Position numbers and translations under genes: made by a program. Shown one piece after another: positions 10,512 through 21,353 of a stretch of DNA of 64,000 nt. The notes beneath the pieces were generated by a model. That model made no database searches, was not told the origin of the DNA, and worked only from the letters and a program-made list of their open reading frames with translations. Origin of the DNA: Aureliella sp. (lineage in GTDB: Bacteria; Planctomycetota; Planctomycetia; Pirellulales; Pirellulaceae); the NCBI GenBank assembly GCA_963691875.1, contig OY829846.1, positions 704,001 to 768,000 on the forward strand, written 5' to 3'. Each line of letters starts with the position of its first letter. Within the stretch, counting starts at the first letter, position 1.

Positions 10512-12101
10512 TCAGCGTGGGCGGCGGGCGTCGAGCCATTCTTGTTTGGGAGGAGAATCTTTTTCCGCCCATTCCGGCCTTGGGAACCAGCGAAGAGAGC
10601 TGTATCGAGGATAGGTTTCCCAAACATGCGATGCAGAGAAGTCAGTTTCGCGGAGGTCGCCGGAGCGATTCAGCTCTTCCGTCAACAGCTTACGGTGCCT
10701 TTCGAGTACGGACTTATGCTTTGCGGAGCCAACCAGGTTGTTCAAACAAGCCGCGTCCGACCGAATGTCATAGAACTCCTCTCTCGGGCGTTTGTCCACC
10801 GAAAGTCCAAGGTACTGTCCCCACTGAGAACTGTCTCGCTGCTCGATCAGGAAGTTGAGCGAAGGACATGCGTCAATGTCGTGATAGCCGCCATGCTCTG
10901 GACCTAGCTTGGATAACACTTCTTCGTTGTTCGCATCATACTTCACGCTCGCATACTTCTGCGGCGTTCCGGCCGGCCAGCGTTCTGGCGTGTAGTTCCG
11001 GATGTAAAGGTAGCTTTCCGTTCTGACGCATCGCTGTGGATACCCAAGAGAGTTGTACCGAGAAGAGGAATGTCGCTCACGTCCGCTGAAAGTCATCGTT
11101 CGTGGTTCCGTTGCTTTTCCATCAAGAATCGTACGGAGACTCTTCCCAGTGGTCGCTTCCGGAGCGGCAACTTCGCAGAGATCATAGATCGTTGCTGTCA
11201 CGTCGATCAAGTTCACCACATCTTGGCTACCCCTTCCCTTTGGAAACTGCTTTGGCCAGCTGATCGCCAAGGGCATATGAATGCCGTACTCATAGACATT
11301 CGCCTTCGCACGCGGAAAGCTCATCCCGTTATCACTAGTGACAATAACAATCGTATTCTCGAGCATCCCTCTGGTTCGGAGTTGCTCTAACATGCGCGCT
11401 AAATGCGAATCGAACCACTGAATCTCATAAAAGTAGTCGAGAAGGTCGTTTCGGATTTCTGGGGCGTCCGGCAAAAACCCTGGTACCTTCACGCTGGAAG
11501 CATCCAATCCCGCCCTGGCACCGATACCCTTATCAAACTTGCGATGCGGCTCATGTCCGCCGAACCAAAAACAGAATGGCTTATCTCCATCCTTATCGTC
11601 TAGGAATGCAGCAAAATTGGCAGCGTAATTCGTGCTGGAGATCCCGGTTGGAGCCTTGTTCTTCTTCGAGTTGAAGGCGGGTCCTGCAGGATTTGCTTTC
11701 CAGCCTGAGACGTTGAACTTACCAGGGCCCCATGGCTTACCGGTGTAGCCAATCTGGTAGCCGTGTTCTTGCAAACGATATGGAAACGTTTCTAAGTCCT
11801 TTGGGAAGTGACTCGCATGCGTGCCAGCTTCGCGTATCTGCCAGATGTACTTTCCGGTCAAGAATGCCGCGCGCATTGGACTGCATCCTGGCGCCGGCGT
11901 GAACGCATTGTGAAACAGCATTCCTTGACGAGCGACCTGATCGAAGCCTGGCGTCTGAATGACAGGTTCACCATAGGCCGAAGCATGCGGATAGGACTGG
12001 TCATCCGAAATGCAGACCAACACATTCGGTCGTTCAGCCTGCGCAGACTTCAAGAGGAACAAGAACGACAAAACAAATGTTGCAAGCGTATTCCGAAACA
12101 T
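10512..12101 (-). CDS. Sulfatase (formylglycine type)
   Basis: Signal peptide, PNVL..ISDD, CSPMRAAFLTG (CxPxR), TSDNG; ATG 12101 avoids overlap with the upstream gene. Confidence 0.92.
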   Translation of the reverse strand: MFRNTLATFVLSFLFLLKSAQAERPNVLVCISDDQSYPHASAYGEPVIQTPGFDQVARQGMLFHNAFTPAPGCSPMRAAFLTGKYIWQIREAGTHASHFPKDLETFPYRLQEHGYQIGYTGKPWGPGKFNVSGWKANPAGPAFNSKKNKAPTGISSTNYAANFAAFLDDKDGDKPFCFWFGGHEPHRKFDKGIGARAGLDASSVKVPGFLPDAPEIRNDLLDYFYEIQWFDSHLARMLEQLRTRGMLENTIVIVTSDNGMSFPRAKANVYEYGIHMPLAISWPKQFPKGRGSQDVVNLIDVTATIYDLCEVAAPEATTGKSLRTILDGKATEPRTMTFSGRERHSSSRYNSLGYPQRCVRTESYLYIRNYTPERWPAGTPQKYASVKYDANNEEVLSKLGPEHGGYHDIDACPSLNFLIEQRDSSQWGQYLGLSVDKRPREEFYDIRSDAACLNNLVGSAKHKSVLERHRKLLTEELNRSGDLRETDFSASHVWETYPRYSSLRWFPRPEWAEKDSPPKQEWLDARRPR

Positions 12102-12159
12102 CGATTCAAGCCTTCGCACTATGTAAGAGGTATGAGAACTCGTTAAGCGTCCATCGAGC

Positions 12160-13881
12160 CTACAGCCCAAGTACATCGACGCCCTGCTCGAACACGACAT
12201 CGACGGGGATCCCCTTGGCAGAGAGCTGTTCAAGATCGGCCTGGAGCTGCGGACCGATGACACCCATCTCGGCGGTCAAATCTTGAGCTCCTTCGAAATC
12301 ACCGTCACCTTGGATCTGAAGCAGCTTGCCAGCCAATGACTTCGTCGCTTCAGCGAACTTTTCGGTGACAACTCGATACTTGCCATCGGCTCCGCGTTGA
12401 AAAGCTCCAAGACTTTTGAAGTAGTTGAAGCGAATCATGTTCGCTCGACCATGCGCGCTTGCTGCACCAAATCGAACGCTCCGAAAGATACCAGCCATGA
12501 ACGTCGTGTAGAAAGTGCCCAAGTCAGCTTCAATCTCGCCTTGCTCATGCAGCTGCTGAATCATGTAAAGGCCGAGGATGTCTGCTTTGCCTTCCTCGAT
12601 TGTAGAGGCTGTGTTTTTCAAGGCTTCGCGGACAGTGCCTCGTCCGTTTATCGTATTCTTAATGCCCAAGCCATGTGCGACTTCGTGAAACATGGTGTTG
12701 GAGAAGAATGCATCAAACGTAATGTTGCGCCGTTGGTCCTCCGCGATCAACTCATCTGCAATCGGCAAAAGAATCTTGTCGAACTTGGCACGCATTGCAT
12801 TTTTGAGTTGCAGCCTTCGAGTGCCACGTTGCAGCTGGACTTGCTCGTCGTTTGGCAAGTTGATGGCAATCGTTTTAGATCCTGCGTTGCAGTCTCCAGC
12901 ATAGTAGACGACGTCGTAAGCATTGAGATCCGTGTCGGTCCCCGGCTCTTCCTTCTTGTACTTGGCGGGAACAGGCAGATTGCGTTGCAGTTCCGGCAGG
13001 AACTGTTTGTACTTCGCCAATCGATTGCTCCATGGCAAGTCTTTGATCAGCACATAACACTCATGAGCCGCTTTGTATTCAAACATCCGGTCCTCATAGG
13101 TTTCGATTGGACCGATGACCACGTCGAGCCTATTGTCTTTCATCTCCAGCCAAGCAAAATCACTGGGCTGATAGTCATCCGTAAGCAAAGCTTTTGCACG
13201 TAGACTCAAATAACGTTTGAGCCCCTGCGAAGGAGCCAACTCGGCGCATTGTTCCAAAAGTTTCGCGGCGGCAGTCGTCTGAGCTTTGAAAACTTCTCGA
13301 TACGGAACCGTGATCAGTTTTCCAGCTGAGTCACGCCGCAAAAACGTGTAAAGGCTGTCTTTGCCAGCGAGATTTGCAGCTTCAAACTCTTCGGCCGTCA
13401 TATCCTTCGGATAAAAGTTTGCTCCAGCAGGCTTTGGGCCAACACCAGGCAGAAAGGGCTTGTTATCGCCCAGGCGATCCCATGGTCCATAGTTCAGTGC
13501 GATGTAGCGTCTTGCGTCGTCGCCAGCTCCAGATAACAAAGCAGCTTTAGCTTCGTTATCGCCGTATGCCTCGTACCAGAAGCAATCATCCATGAGCTTG
13601 GCTGCCTTGATCAGCAACGGAATCATTCTCTTTTCGCTCGGGCTAAGCACCGAGAGGTCGCTACTCAGCCGCACTGGAACGTACTGCCCAAGCAACGCCT
13701 TCAATTCCGGTTCTGCGGAATCGAATTGAGGGCGGGCCGGAAGGGCTGAAACTTGGCAAAGAACGGGCAGCAGGCATACGAGCAGAAGATTGAGCTGCCG
13801 ACGAAAGGGAGCGCAGCATTGACAGGTAACGAGCATCGTATTTCGGTTGATCATAAAGAAACTACCGTTCATTTTGTGCAT
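12160..13881 (-). CDS. M49-like (dipeptidyl peptidase III type) zinc peptidase; start uncertain
   Basis: IGPIETYED, AINLPNDE, FHEVAHGLG and EEGKAD zinc-ligand motifs. Confidence 0.8.
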   Translation of the reverse strand: MHKMNGSFFMINRNTMLVTCQCCAPFRRQLNLLLVCLLPVLCQVSALPARPQFDSAEPELKALLGQYVPVRLSSDLSVLSPSEKRMIPLLIKAAKLMDDCFWYEAYGDNEAKAALLSGAGDDARRYIALNYGPWDRLGDNKPFLPGVGPKPAGANFYPKDMTAEEFEAANLAGKDSLYTFLRRDSAGKLITVPYREVFKAQTTAAAKLLEQCAELAPSQGLKRYLSLRAKALLTDDYQPSDFAWLEMKDNRLDVVIGPIETYEDRMFEYKAAHECYVLIKDLPWSNRLAKYKQFLPELQRNLPVPAKYKKEEPGTDTDLNAYDVVYYAGDCNAGSKTIAINLPNDEQVQLQRGTRRLQLKNAMRAKFDKILLPIADELIAEDQRRNITFDAFFSNTMFHEVAHGLGIKNTINGRGTVREALKNTASTIEEGKADILGLYMIQQLHEQGEIEADLGTFYTTFMAGIFRSVRFGAASAHGRANMIRFNYFKSLGAFQRGADGKYRVVTEKFAEATKSLAGKLLQIQGDGDFEGAQDLTAEMGVIGPQLQADLEQLSAKGIPVDVVFEQGVDVLGL

Positions 13882-14192
13882 AGATCCAAAGTAGGAGCGA
13901 ATCGCGGCGATAGGCTCGTCGAGCAGAAAGGCTCACAAGCCAACGCAGCGGCTGACCGCAAACGGACCGAAAATGGCCTTTGAGTCAGCTTAGCGGTAGA
14001 AATAGCTTCAAAACAGCCGCAGCAAGCCCGTTTTGCGGCAAGAATGTGGTAGTGGAAGCCCTCAAAAGTTGAGTACACTAAGGAGCAGCGTTTCACTCTA
14101 TTCATGCTAGGTGCCAGTGAGGTGCCAGCAAGTCAGCAACCTTCCATATTTGCTGGCCTTTTAATTATTTGAAAATCTTGGAGTTCATCCGC

Positions 14193-15869
14193 ATGATCGG
14201 CTGGAACCGAATCGCCTGCAAAATAGCTCTTACGGGGTGTGCGGTATTTTTTTCTGCGGTCTTCGTTGCAAACGCACAGAAGCCAATACCAGAGCCTGAG
14301 ATTGCCCAGGTCAAGAAGATTAACGAAGTCTTTTCGCAACAGTGGAGGGACTATCAAATTAATCCGTCCCCAGTTGAGGCGGACGGAAAGTGGTGCCGTC
14401 GAGTCTACTTGGATTTGGTCGGCCGAATTCCAACCTTCCAAGAACTTAACAGCTTCGTAAGAGACAATGACAAGCGAAAGCGCGAAAAACTGGTCGATAC
14501 GCTGCTGAACGATAGCAAGCATGTCAGCGAGTACGCAAATCACTGGGGCACGATCTGGAGCAACATCCTGATCGGCCGAACGGGTGGAACTGCTCGGGAT
14601 TCTTTTGTGAGTCGTGATGGGATGGCGAAGTATCTGCGTGATTGCTTTGCCCGCAACAAGCCTTACAACCAGATGGCCTATGAACTCGTCACAGCGACAG
14701 GCTCTTCGAAACCTGGTACGGAGAACTACAACGGGGCCGTCAATTTCTTGATTGACAAAGTCAACGATGAGGACGGTACACTTGCTACGTCAGCTACTTC
14801 AAAGGTCTTCCTTGGTTTGCAGGTTCAATGCACGCAGTGTCATAACCACCCCTTCAATCAGTGGAAGCAACAAAAGTTCTGGGAATTTAATGCGTTCTTC
14901 CGACAGTCTCGTGCCCTCAGACGCTACGTGCCGGGAACTCGGGACATTGATCACGGTGAACTCGTGAATCAAGATTTTGCAGGCGAGGGTGGAAGGCCTT
15001 CGGAAGCAGAGATCTATTACTATCTACGAAACGGCGTTACCAGTGTTGCATACCCAGTTTTTACGGACGGAACGCCGATCAGCCGAAGTGGTTACGTATC
15101 GGACGTTATTCGCCGAACTGAGCTAGGAAAGCTCATGATGGGCAGCGAGTACTTGGACAAGATGATTGTCAATCGCATGTGGGCTCATTTCATGGGCTAT
15201 GGCTTCACAAAGCCCATTGACGATTTGGGGCCACATACGACCGTTTCTCACCCGGAATTGCTTGATTATCTCGGCGAAGAGTTCCGCAAGTCGAGTTATG
15301 ACATGAAGGCATTGATGCGTTGGATCACACTGTCTCGGCCTTATCAACTCAGTAGCAAGATCTCGAGCGGCAATTCTGGTGACGACCCAACCATCGGCGA
15401 GACTCCGCAATTTAGCCACTTTTACCTAAGGCAGATGAGTGCAGAACAGCTCTACCATTCGCTGGTACATGTAGGTGGCCAGGCTAAGGGCTCTCTGGAA
15501 CAGCAGCAGCGAGAGCGTGACCGTTGGTTGTCGCAATTCTCCGTCGCATTTGGAACTGATGAAGGAGACGAAGCGACGACTTTCAACGGCTCGATTCCTC
15601 AAGCCTTGATGCTGTTCAATGGTGACTTGGTGAAGCGTTCGACCTCAGTCGATAAGGGGGCCTGGCTGAACAACATCGCTAATGCGAAGGCCAAGTACCC
15701 CGAGAAAGTAAACATGCTGTTAATGGCTGGTATGGCGCGCAAGGCCACAGTGGATGAGCAGAAAATAGCGGGCCAGCTTTTGCGGGTCCGCTCAGGCAAG
15801 ACAGCGGATGCTTTGCAAGACCTTTGGTGGGCCGTGTTAAACAGCAATGAGTTTATCTTAGTGCAGTAA
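14193..15869 (+). CDS. DUF1549/DUF1553 domain protein
   Basis: RRVYLDLVGRIP, FLGLQVQCTQCHNHP, VNRMW.HFMG.G, SHPELLD.L, PQAL.LFN, LWWAVLNSNEF. Confidence 0.9.
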   Translation: MIGWNRIACKIALTGCAVFFSAVFVANAQKPIPEPEIAQVKKINEVFSQQWRDYQINPSPVEADGKWCRRVYLDLVGRIPTFQELNSFVRDNDKRKREKLVDTLLNDSKHVSEYANHWGTIWSNILIGRTGGTARDSFVSRDGMAKYLRDCFARNKPYNQMAYELVTATGSSKPGTENYNGAVNFLIDKVNDEDGTLATSATSKVFLGLQVQCTQCHNHPFNQWKQQKFWEFNAFFRQSRALRRYVPGTRDIDHGELVNQDFAGEGGRPSEAEIYYYLRNGVTSVAYPVFTDGTPISRSGYVSDVIRRTELGKLMMGSEYLDKMIVNRMWAHFMGYGFTKPIDDLGPHTTVSHPELLDYLGEEFRKSSYDMKALMRWITLSRPYQLSSKISSGNSGDDPTIGETPQFSHFYLRQMSAEQLYHSLVHVGGQAKGSLEQQQRERDRWLSQFSVAFGTDEGDEATTFNGSIPQALMLFNGDLVKRSTSVDKGAWLNNIANAKAKYPEKVNMLLMAGMARKATVDEQKIAGQLLRVRSGKTADALQDLWWAVLNSNEFILVQ

Positions 15870-15947
15870 TCCGGATAGTAATTTCGATGCAACCTTATAT
15901 CCGTGTGCGTGCACGGATGAGCGAAGACTCAACAAGGAGAATCCCCG

Positions 15948-17222
15948 ATGCTTTGGCAAAACAACTCTACTCCTCGAGGAATGAGCCGTAGACACTTCAT
16001 GAAGCACACGGCTGGTGCTTCAGCGCTCGCTGGTTCCGCCATGGCAATGGGGAACTCGATCCGGGTGCATGCTGACGAACTGAAGAAGCAGAATAAGTCA
16101 GCAATTTTGCTTTGGATGGGTGGTGGCCCAGCCACCATCGACCTTTGGGACTTGAAGCCTGGTGCTTCCACTGGAGGTCCATTCCGGCCCATTTCAACTA
16201 CTGGTGACATGCAGATCTGTGAGCATCTACCGATGGTTGCAAAGCAAATGCACAACCTTTCGATTGTTCGCTCAATGAGCACTCGCGAGGCAGATCACGG
16301 GCGTGGAAGATACTACATGCACACGGGCTTCGTCCCCAATCCAAGTATTGAGCACCCGAGCTATGGCTCTGTCATCTCACACGAAATGATGGCCAACCGC
16401 GAAGACCTTGAAATCCCTCCTTTTGTGTCCGTTGGTGGTGCTAGCGAAGGTCCCGGCTTCCTTGGGATGGCTTGGGCTCCGTTCTCAGTTAGTAGCACGG
16501 GCCGAATTGACAACTTGGACATGAAGTTAACGGACTCTCGTTTGGCTCAGCGGATGGAAACGCTCAAGCTGATCGAAGGCAGCTTCATCAAGCAAAATCG
16601 TGGTCCAGCGGCAATGGATCACGCCAAAATTCTGAAAAAGACATTTGACTTGATGACCAGTGCTCAGATGGAAGCTTTTGAGGTCTCCAAAGAACCAGAC
16701 GCAATGACCGAGCGTTACGGTGATACGGGCTTTGGCCGCGGCTGCTTGATGGCACGTCGTTTGGTAGAAGTTGGGGTGCCTTTTATAGAAGTCAACATGG
16801 GCGGTTGGGACAACCACCAGAACATTCACCAAACTCTGGAAACTCGTCTTCCTGAAATGGATCGAGCCATGAGTGCTTTGGTGGAAGACCTTGAGCAAAG
16901 AGGTCTTATTGAGAACACAGCCGTGATCTGGATGGGTGAGTTCGGACGAACTCCAACAATCAATGGCAACGGTGGTCGTGACCACTGGGCTCGATCCTGG
17001 AGTGTTGTCGCCGGTGGTGGCGGAATCAAGGGTGGTCTTGCAGTCGGCGAAACTGATGAGGAAGGTCGCCGAGTTATCACCGAGCCTTATTCTGCGGAAG
17101 ACATGATGGCTACAGTTTGCAAAGGCTTGGGCATCAATTTGGAGACGACTTACCAGAGCAAGAGCGGTCGCCCAATGAAGATCGCAAATGGCGGTAAAAT
17201 TATCAAGGAATTGATTGCTTGA
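15948..17222 (+). CDS. DUF1501 family protein (Tat signal)
   Basis: SRRHF, LLWM.GGP...D.WD.KP, ARRLVE.GV.F, WD.H, GEFGRTP, GRDHW. Confidence 0.92.
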   Translation: MLWQNNSTPRGMSRRHFMKHTAGASALAGSAMAMGNSIRVHADELKKQNKSAILLWMGGGPATIDLWDLKPGASTGGPFRPISTTGDMQICEHLPMVAKQMHNLSIVRSMSTREADHGRGRYYMHTGFVPNPSIEHPSYGSVISHEMMANREDLEIPPFVSVGGASEGPGFLGMAWAPFSVSSTGRIDNLDMKLTDSRLAQRMETLKLIEGSFIKQNRGPAAMDHAKILKKTFDLMTSAQMEAFEVSKEPDAMTERYGDTGFGRGCLMARRLVEVGVPFIEVNMGGWDNHQNIHQTLETRLPEMDRAMSALVEDLEQRGLIENTAVIWMGEFGRTPTINGNGGRDHWARSWSVVAGGGGIKGGLAVGETDEEGRRVITEPYSAEDMMATVCKGLGINLETTYQSKSGRPMKIANGGKIIKELIA

Positions 17223-17302
17223 TGACCCTCTAGGCCCTAAGGAGCCTAGACTGCCTTAAAGAACCAGGAGTGTTAGTGGCGACCAACGGTGGCGTTTCCA
17301 AG

Positions 17303-17845
17303 ATGGAAGAGGACAGCAAAACCGCTGCCTCTTCCTCTGGCGGCGAGCAAGTGGAATTGGATTTGACCGAACTGGTTGCACGGCATCAAGTTGCCGTGTG
17401 GCGTTATCTCCGCGCATTGGGGGCCGAACCAGCCTTGGCAGATGACCTGACGCAAGACACGTTCTTGGAGATTATGCGAAAGCCGTTCACTCAATACAGC
17501 GATGCGGCTACCGCGAGTTACCTTCGACGTGTAGCACACAATTTGTTTATCTCGCGTCGACGGCGAGATGTCCGAATGACGGTCACCGAACACGCTGAGA
17601 AATTTGAGTCGGCTTGGGTCCGCTGGGCTGGATTCGACTCAGGCAACGCAGCATTGGATGCCTTGTCCGATTGCTTTGAGCGGCTGACCGAGCGAGCCAG
17701 ATTGGCTTTGCGACTTCGCTTTTCTGGCGAATCAACTCGTGAAGCAATTGCTGGAGAGCTGGGCATTACCGAGCATGGTGCGAAAAATCTGATGCAGAGA
17801 GCGAAAGCACAACTACGTGACTGCGTAGAAAGAAAGATCACATGA
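17303..17845 (+). CDS. ECF RNA polymerase sigma factor
   Basis: ADDLTQDTFL (region 2), YLRRVAHN, IAGELGIT..GAKNLMQRAK (region 4). Confidence 0.85.
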   Translation: MEEDSKTAASSSGGEQVELDLTELVARHQVAVWRYLRALGAEPALADDLTQDTFLEIMRKPFTQYSDAATASYLRRVAHNLFISRRRRDVRMTVTEHAEKFESAWVRWAGFDSGNAALDALSDCFERLTERARLALRLRFSGESTREAIAGELGITEHGAKNLMQRAKAQLRDCVERKIT

Positions 17846-19950
17846 GTGAAGAATACTCAGATCAAATACTTGACTACCTGACAGAAGAGATGCTCAATGG
17901 TCCAAGTCCGCCAGATTTATCTGAGCGGATTGAAGCTGCGTGGGCTGCGGAAAAGGATGCGCAATCGACCGGTGCCAAAGTCGTCACAAACACCCAACTT
18001 CCGTCTGTAGATGCAGCAGTTCTGTCACAACCGCCAGTTGCGCCACCCGTTCAGACTCGCAAGAAGTCCTTCCAGTCCACCGAGAAACGTTCTCCCTGGA
18101 TACCCGCCTTGGCCGCGAGTGCTGCCTTGCTTCTCGCCGCAATCTTTTGGACTGTCTGGCCGGAAGATGGCAATGATGTCGCTGAGGGAGAAGGCGGCGG
18201 AGAAGCTACACAGGTTGAAGATCTACCCAACCAGCCATCCGACACAAGCTTGGCAGGAGCGTCAAACACCAATAAGGCACGTGCTGCCAATCTTGACTCA
18301 CGACAAAAACAGTCGCCGAAAGAAGAGTTGAATTTAGACAACCTTCCATTCGACACTTCTCCAAGTGGCATTCAACCAGAAAAAGAAACGCAGCTTGCGA
18401 TCAATCAGGAGATCGCTACGCCACTTGAAGCTTCAGCAATTGTTGGGTCAGTCAATCAGCATTTCGCTGAGATTTGGGCCGCTATTGGCGTGCAGGCTAG
18501 CGACCGGCTCGCAGAGCCATTGTTAAAGAACAAGATTTTGCTCAATCTGATCGGCGCGGAATCTCTTGCTGAAACCAGCGGAAGCCTCGAAATCGATCCT
18601 GAATTGCAGCAGGCCGCCTTTGTTCAGCAGTTAATGGAGACACCCGAAGCGGCATCGCTTCTCGCGAAGAAGTTAGCCAGTACTCTCGTAGTGCGTAACC
18701 CTCGTGAACTTGACGAAGCGGATGGCACTGTCTTTACGAATTTGGCGAGCGAAGCAATCTCAGGTGGGCAGGATTGGAATCAGTTTGTTCAGAGTGTGCT
18801 TGAAGCAGATCTCTCAACGGAAGCCAAACGCCCGCTTGATGTCGCTGCTAAGTTTGTTTTTCGCAAGCTGGCAGTAGGTGACAAACACCGGATGATGAAT
18901 CGCTTGGGCAGCAACTTGCTTAACACAAACTCTAGCTGCGTTCGCTGTCACGACAACAAATCTTCAGCGTCGCCAACTCTGGCGAAGCAGGAATCATATT
19001 GGTCCATAGTCGCTCTCCTTAACGGGGTTCAGGTCAGGCGTAACGCGGATGACGGGTCTCTGAACTTGACTGACAAGCAGGCTGAGATTTTCGCGAATAA
19101 ATCACCAGTCGTCTACTACACTCTGCCTGATGGCCAAGTGCTATCTACAACCGCCAAGATCCCTGGAGGGGTTGAGTGGGATAAAACTGAAGCCGAGTCA
19201 CCTCGAGCCGCATTGGCCGCTTGGGTTTCTGATTCAACCCGAATGGACCAAGCAGTTGTTAATCAGACATGGAAACTGCTGTTCGGTCGGCACCTTGTGC
19301 CCCAGGTTCAAGGTATCGATGTAGTTGCGATTCCACAGCGGCAAGCTGTACTAGACATGCTTGCGACCCAGTATCGCGCGCATGGTCGTGATGTACGATC
19401 TTTGGTCACCTGGCTTGCAAGTACCGATTTGTATGCTCAAGCACCTGTCTCAATTTCAAGACAACAGTGGCTTGAGGAGACTGATGAGGCCTTCGAGAAG
19501 CTACAACTTGCTGAACTAGCTTTTGCTGTCCCACTTTCGTTAGGAGTTGGTCGCGACGCAACGAGTCTGGCGAGTTCCTTGGACATGATGAATCGGTTTT
19601 CTGGGTTGGCCCCGACACTAACTAACCTGCCAACTACTTTAGCCCAGCCGAACACAGAGAAGCGGGGCAAGGGTAAGGAACTTGTGCTCGAAATGCCATC
19701 TGTTGGTTTCGTCGTGCACCGTAATCGGCCCACTGCGGCCGAGCTGAGCTTTGTGGACAAACTCCTCGGTGCAAGTGAGCTGAGCTGGGAAGAAAAAGTC
19801 GATCACGTCGTGTCCTTGTTCCCTGAGGTGAATGGCCGGCCGCATGATCTCGATACTAAGCTGCTTGAATATCACGACGGTAATGCAAAAGAGGCCCTGA
19901 TCACCCTTCTTTGGGCAGTCAAGAACAACGCCGCTCGCCCTTATAAGTAG
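17842..19950 (+). CDS. Putative anti-sigma factor: TM-anchored protein with degenerate DUF1549/1553-like domain
   Basis: ATGA overlap with the sigma gene; short cytoplasmic N-terminus, one TM (ALAASAALLLAAIFW), CVRCHD, VNQTW..LFGR.LV, LLWAVKN end. Confidence 0.6.
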   Translation: MSEEYSDQILDYLTEEMLNGPSPPDLSERIEAAWAAEKDAQSTGAKVVTNTQLPSVDAAVLSQPPVAPPVQTRKKSFQSTEKRSPWIPALAASAALLLAAIFWTVWPEDGNDVAEGEGGGEATQVEDLPNQPSDTSLAGASNTNKARAANLDSRQKQSPKEELNLDNLPFDTSPSGIQPEKETQLAINQEIATPLEASAIVGSVNQHFAEIWAAIGVQASDRLAEPLLKNKILLNLIGAESLAETSGSLEIDPELQQAAFVQQLMETPEAASLLAKKLASTLVVRNPRELDEADGTVFTNLASEAISGGQDWNQFVQSVLEADLSTEAKRPLDVAAKFVFRKLAVGDKHRMMNRLGSNLLNTNSSCVRCHDNKSSASPTLAKQESYWSIVALLNGVQVRRNADDGSLNLTDKQAEIFANKSPVVYYTLPDGQVLSTTAKIPGGVEWDKTEAESPRAALAAWVSDSTRMDQAVVNQTWKLLFGRHLVPQVQGIDVVAIPQRQAVLDMLATQYRAHGRDVRSLVTWLASTDLYAQAPVSISRQQWLEETDEAFEKLQLAELAFAVPLSLGVGRDATSLASSLDMMNRFSGLAPTLTNLPTTLAQPNTEKRGKGKELVLEMPSVGFVVHRNRPTAAELSFVDKLLGASELSWEEKVDHVVSLFPEVNGRPHDLDTKLLEYHDGNAKEALITLLWAVKNNAARPYK

Positions 19951-20204
19951 CGAAATTGACCTTTCTCGAAACGCGGGATCTCGTGCTTGTCGCGAGATCC
20001 CATGCAGTAACAGGGCCATCCTACCGCTGCCCTGCCCTGCGGTCTGCAACCAGACTTTCGTACCTGTCACACGACGCCAGGCGTTCGTATCACTCAAGCA
20101 ACTTCTGACGCCTTCAATCTGCTACCCTAAAGCACCACATGGGTAGGAAGCTGCTAAATCCCTTGGGCGGCTGACTTTACGTAACGCAAAACCTGAAGCC
20201 CCCA

Positions 20205-21353
20205 ATGCCTACTAACTCAGATTGCTTCGATGAAGGAAACTTCTATGCCCTGCTTCGCTTTCAGGAAGCGGCCGACGCACTTCGAATTTGCTTCGAACTA
20301 GAACTGGTGGAGTCACTCGGAGGCGATTCTCTTCAATGGGAATCACTATGCGATCGCTTTGGATTCACCACTCAGGGAGCCAGAACCTTTGGCTATCTAC
20401 TCGTCAGCATGAAGGTGCTTGAATGGATTGACCCGACGAAACCAGATCTTGGTCTCCGAGTCACCGAACTCGCCGAGCATGTTCTAGGCGTGGCAAGTTT
20501 GCAATCAAGGTTGCCCTATCTATCGATGGGATCGTCCGACTCAACTCGGGAGCTCATCAAAATGTTACAAGGTGATTTCGAGGCGAAGCCCCTTTACGTC
20601 GATGCAGCCAACGATGACTGCTTGATGGAATCTGTTGCGACAGAGAATGTTGCTCGCGAGATCGCCTATGGCCTTGCATCCCGAGCAAAGAATTTCGCCG
20701 AACCACTCGCCGGATTGATCTCTCGGTCCTTGAACGACCGCCCGATCGTCAACGAAAGCGAGAACCTTGTCTTGGCTGATCTCGGTGCTGGCTCGCCCTA
20801 TGTCGCAATTGCTTGCCTGCGACGACAGCACGAACGCATGTCAGCGGTTTTGGTTGATCAAGCCGCCGGGCTGAACTTCGCTCGCGAGATGTACAACGAA
20901 ATCCAATCGCCCAAACCGCCGCTGGGTTTTCTCGAGTCCAACATTTTTGAGCAGGTGCCCAAAGCGAACCACTACCTGCTCTCCAACACAGTTCACGACT
21001 GGCTGCCGCATCAATGTGTTAGACTCTTTAAAAACATCTCTGCCGCGGCTTCTGAACGTCTCACAATCACGATTCACGAGCCAATGCTATCGCCTGGAAA
21101 CCCAACTCCCCACGATCAATGGGATTCACTTTGGAAATCGTGTTATGGGCTGACACTCTACAAGCTTACAGGTGGGCAAGGCCGTTGCTACACTCTCGGC
21201 GAACATGTTTCGATGCTCAAGCAAGCTGGTTTTCTACAGGCATGTCAACCAGAGGCTACGAGTGACGGCTGCCTCGCCGTCGACTTCCAGCGAAAGGAAT
21301 TGGTTCGCCAACAGAGGACGCACTTCAGCAGAGCGGACTCTGAGGACTTATAA
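20205..21353 (+). CDS. SAM-dependent methyltransferase (O-methyltransferase family 2-like)
   Basis: DLGAGS, LSNTVHDW, IHE, G.CYT..E...ML..AGF; N-terminal dimerisation-like region. Confidence 0.75.
   Translation: MPTNSDCFDEGNFYALLRFQEAADALRICFELELVESLGGDSLQWESLCDRFGFTTQGARTFGYLLVSMKVLEWIDPTKPDLGLRVTELAEHVLGVASLQSRLPYLSMGSSDSTRELIKMLQGDFEAKPLYVDAANDDCLMESVATENVAREIAYGLASRAKNFAEPLAGLISRSLNDRPIVNESENLVLADLGAGSPYVAIACLRRQHERMSAVLVDQAAGLNFAREMYNEIQSPKPPLGFLESNIFEQVPKANHYLLSNTVHDWLPHQCVRLFKNISAAASERLTITIHEPMLSPGNPTPHDQWDSLWKSCYGLTLYKLTGGQGRCYTLGEHVSMLKQAGFLQACQPEATSDGCLAVDFQRKELVRQQRTHFSRADSEDL

Noticed and set aside
12102..12263. N-terminal extension of the sulfatase ORF (also the longer starts at 2798, 4225, 32838, 56150, 58419, 60417)
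   Set aside because: They overlap neighbouring genes or precede better starts with signal peptides or RBS.
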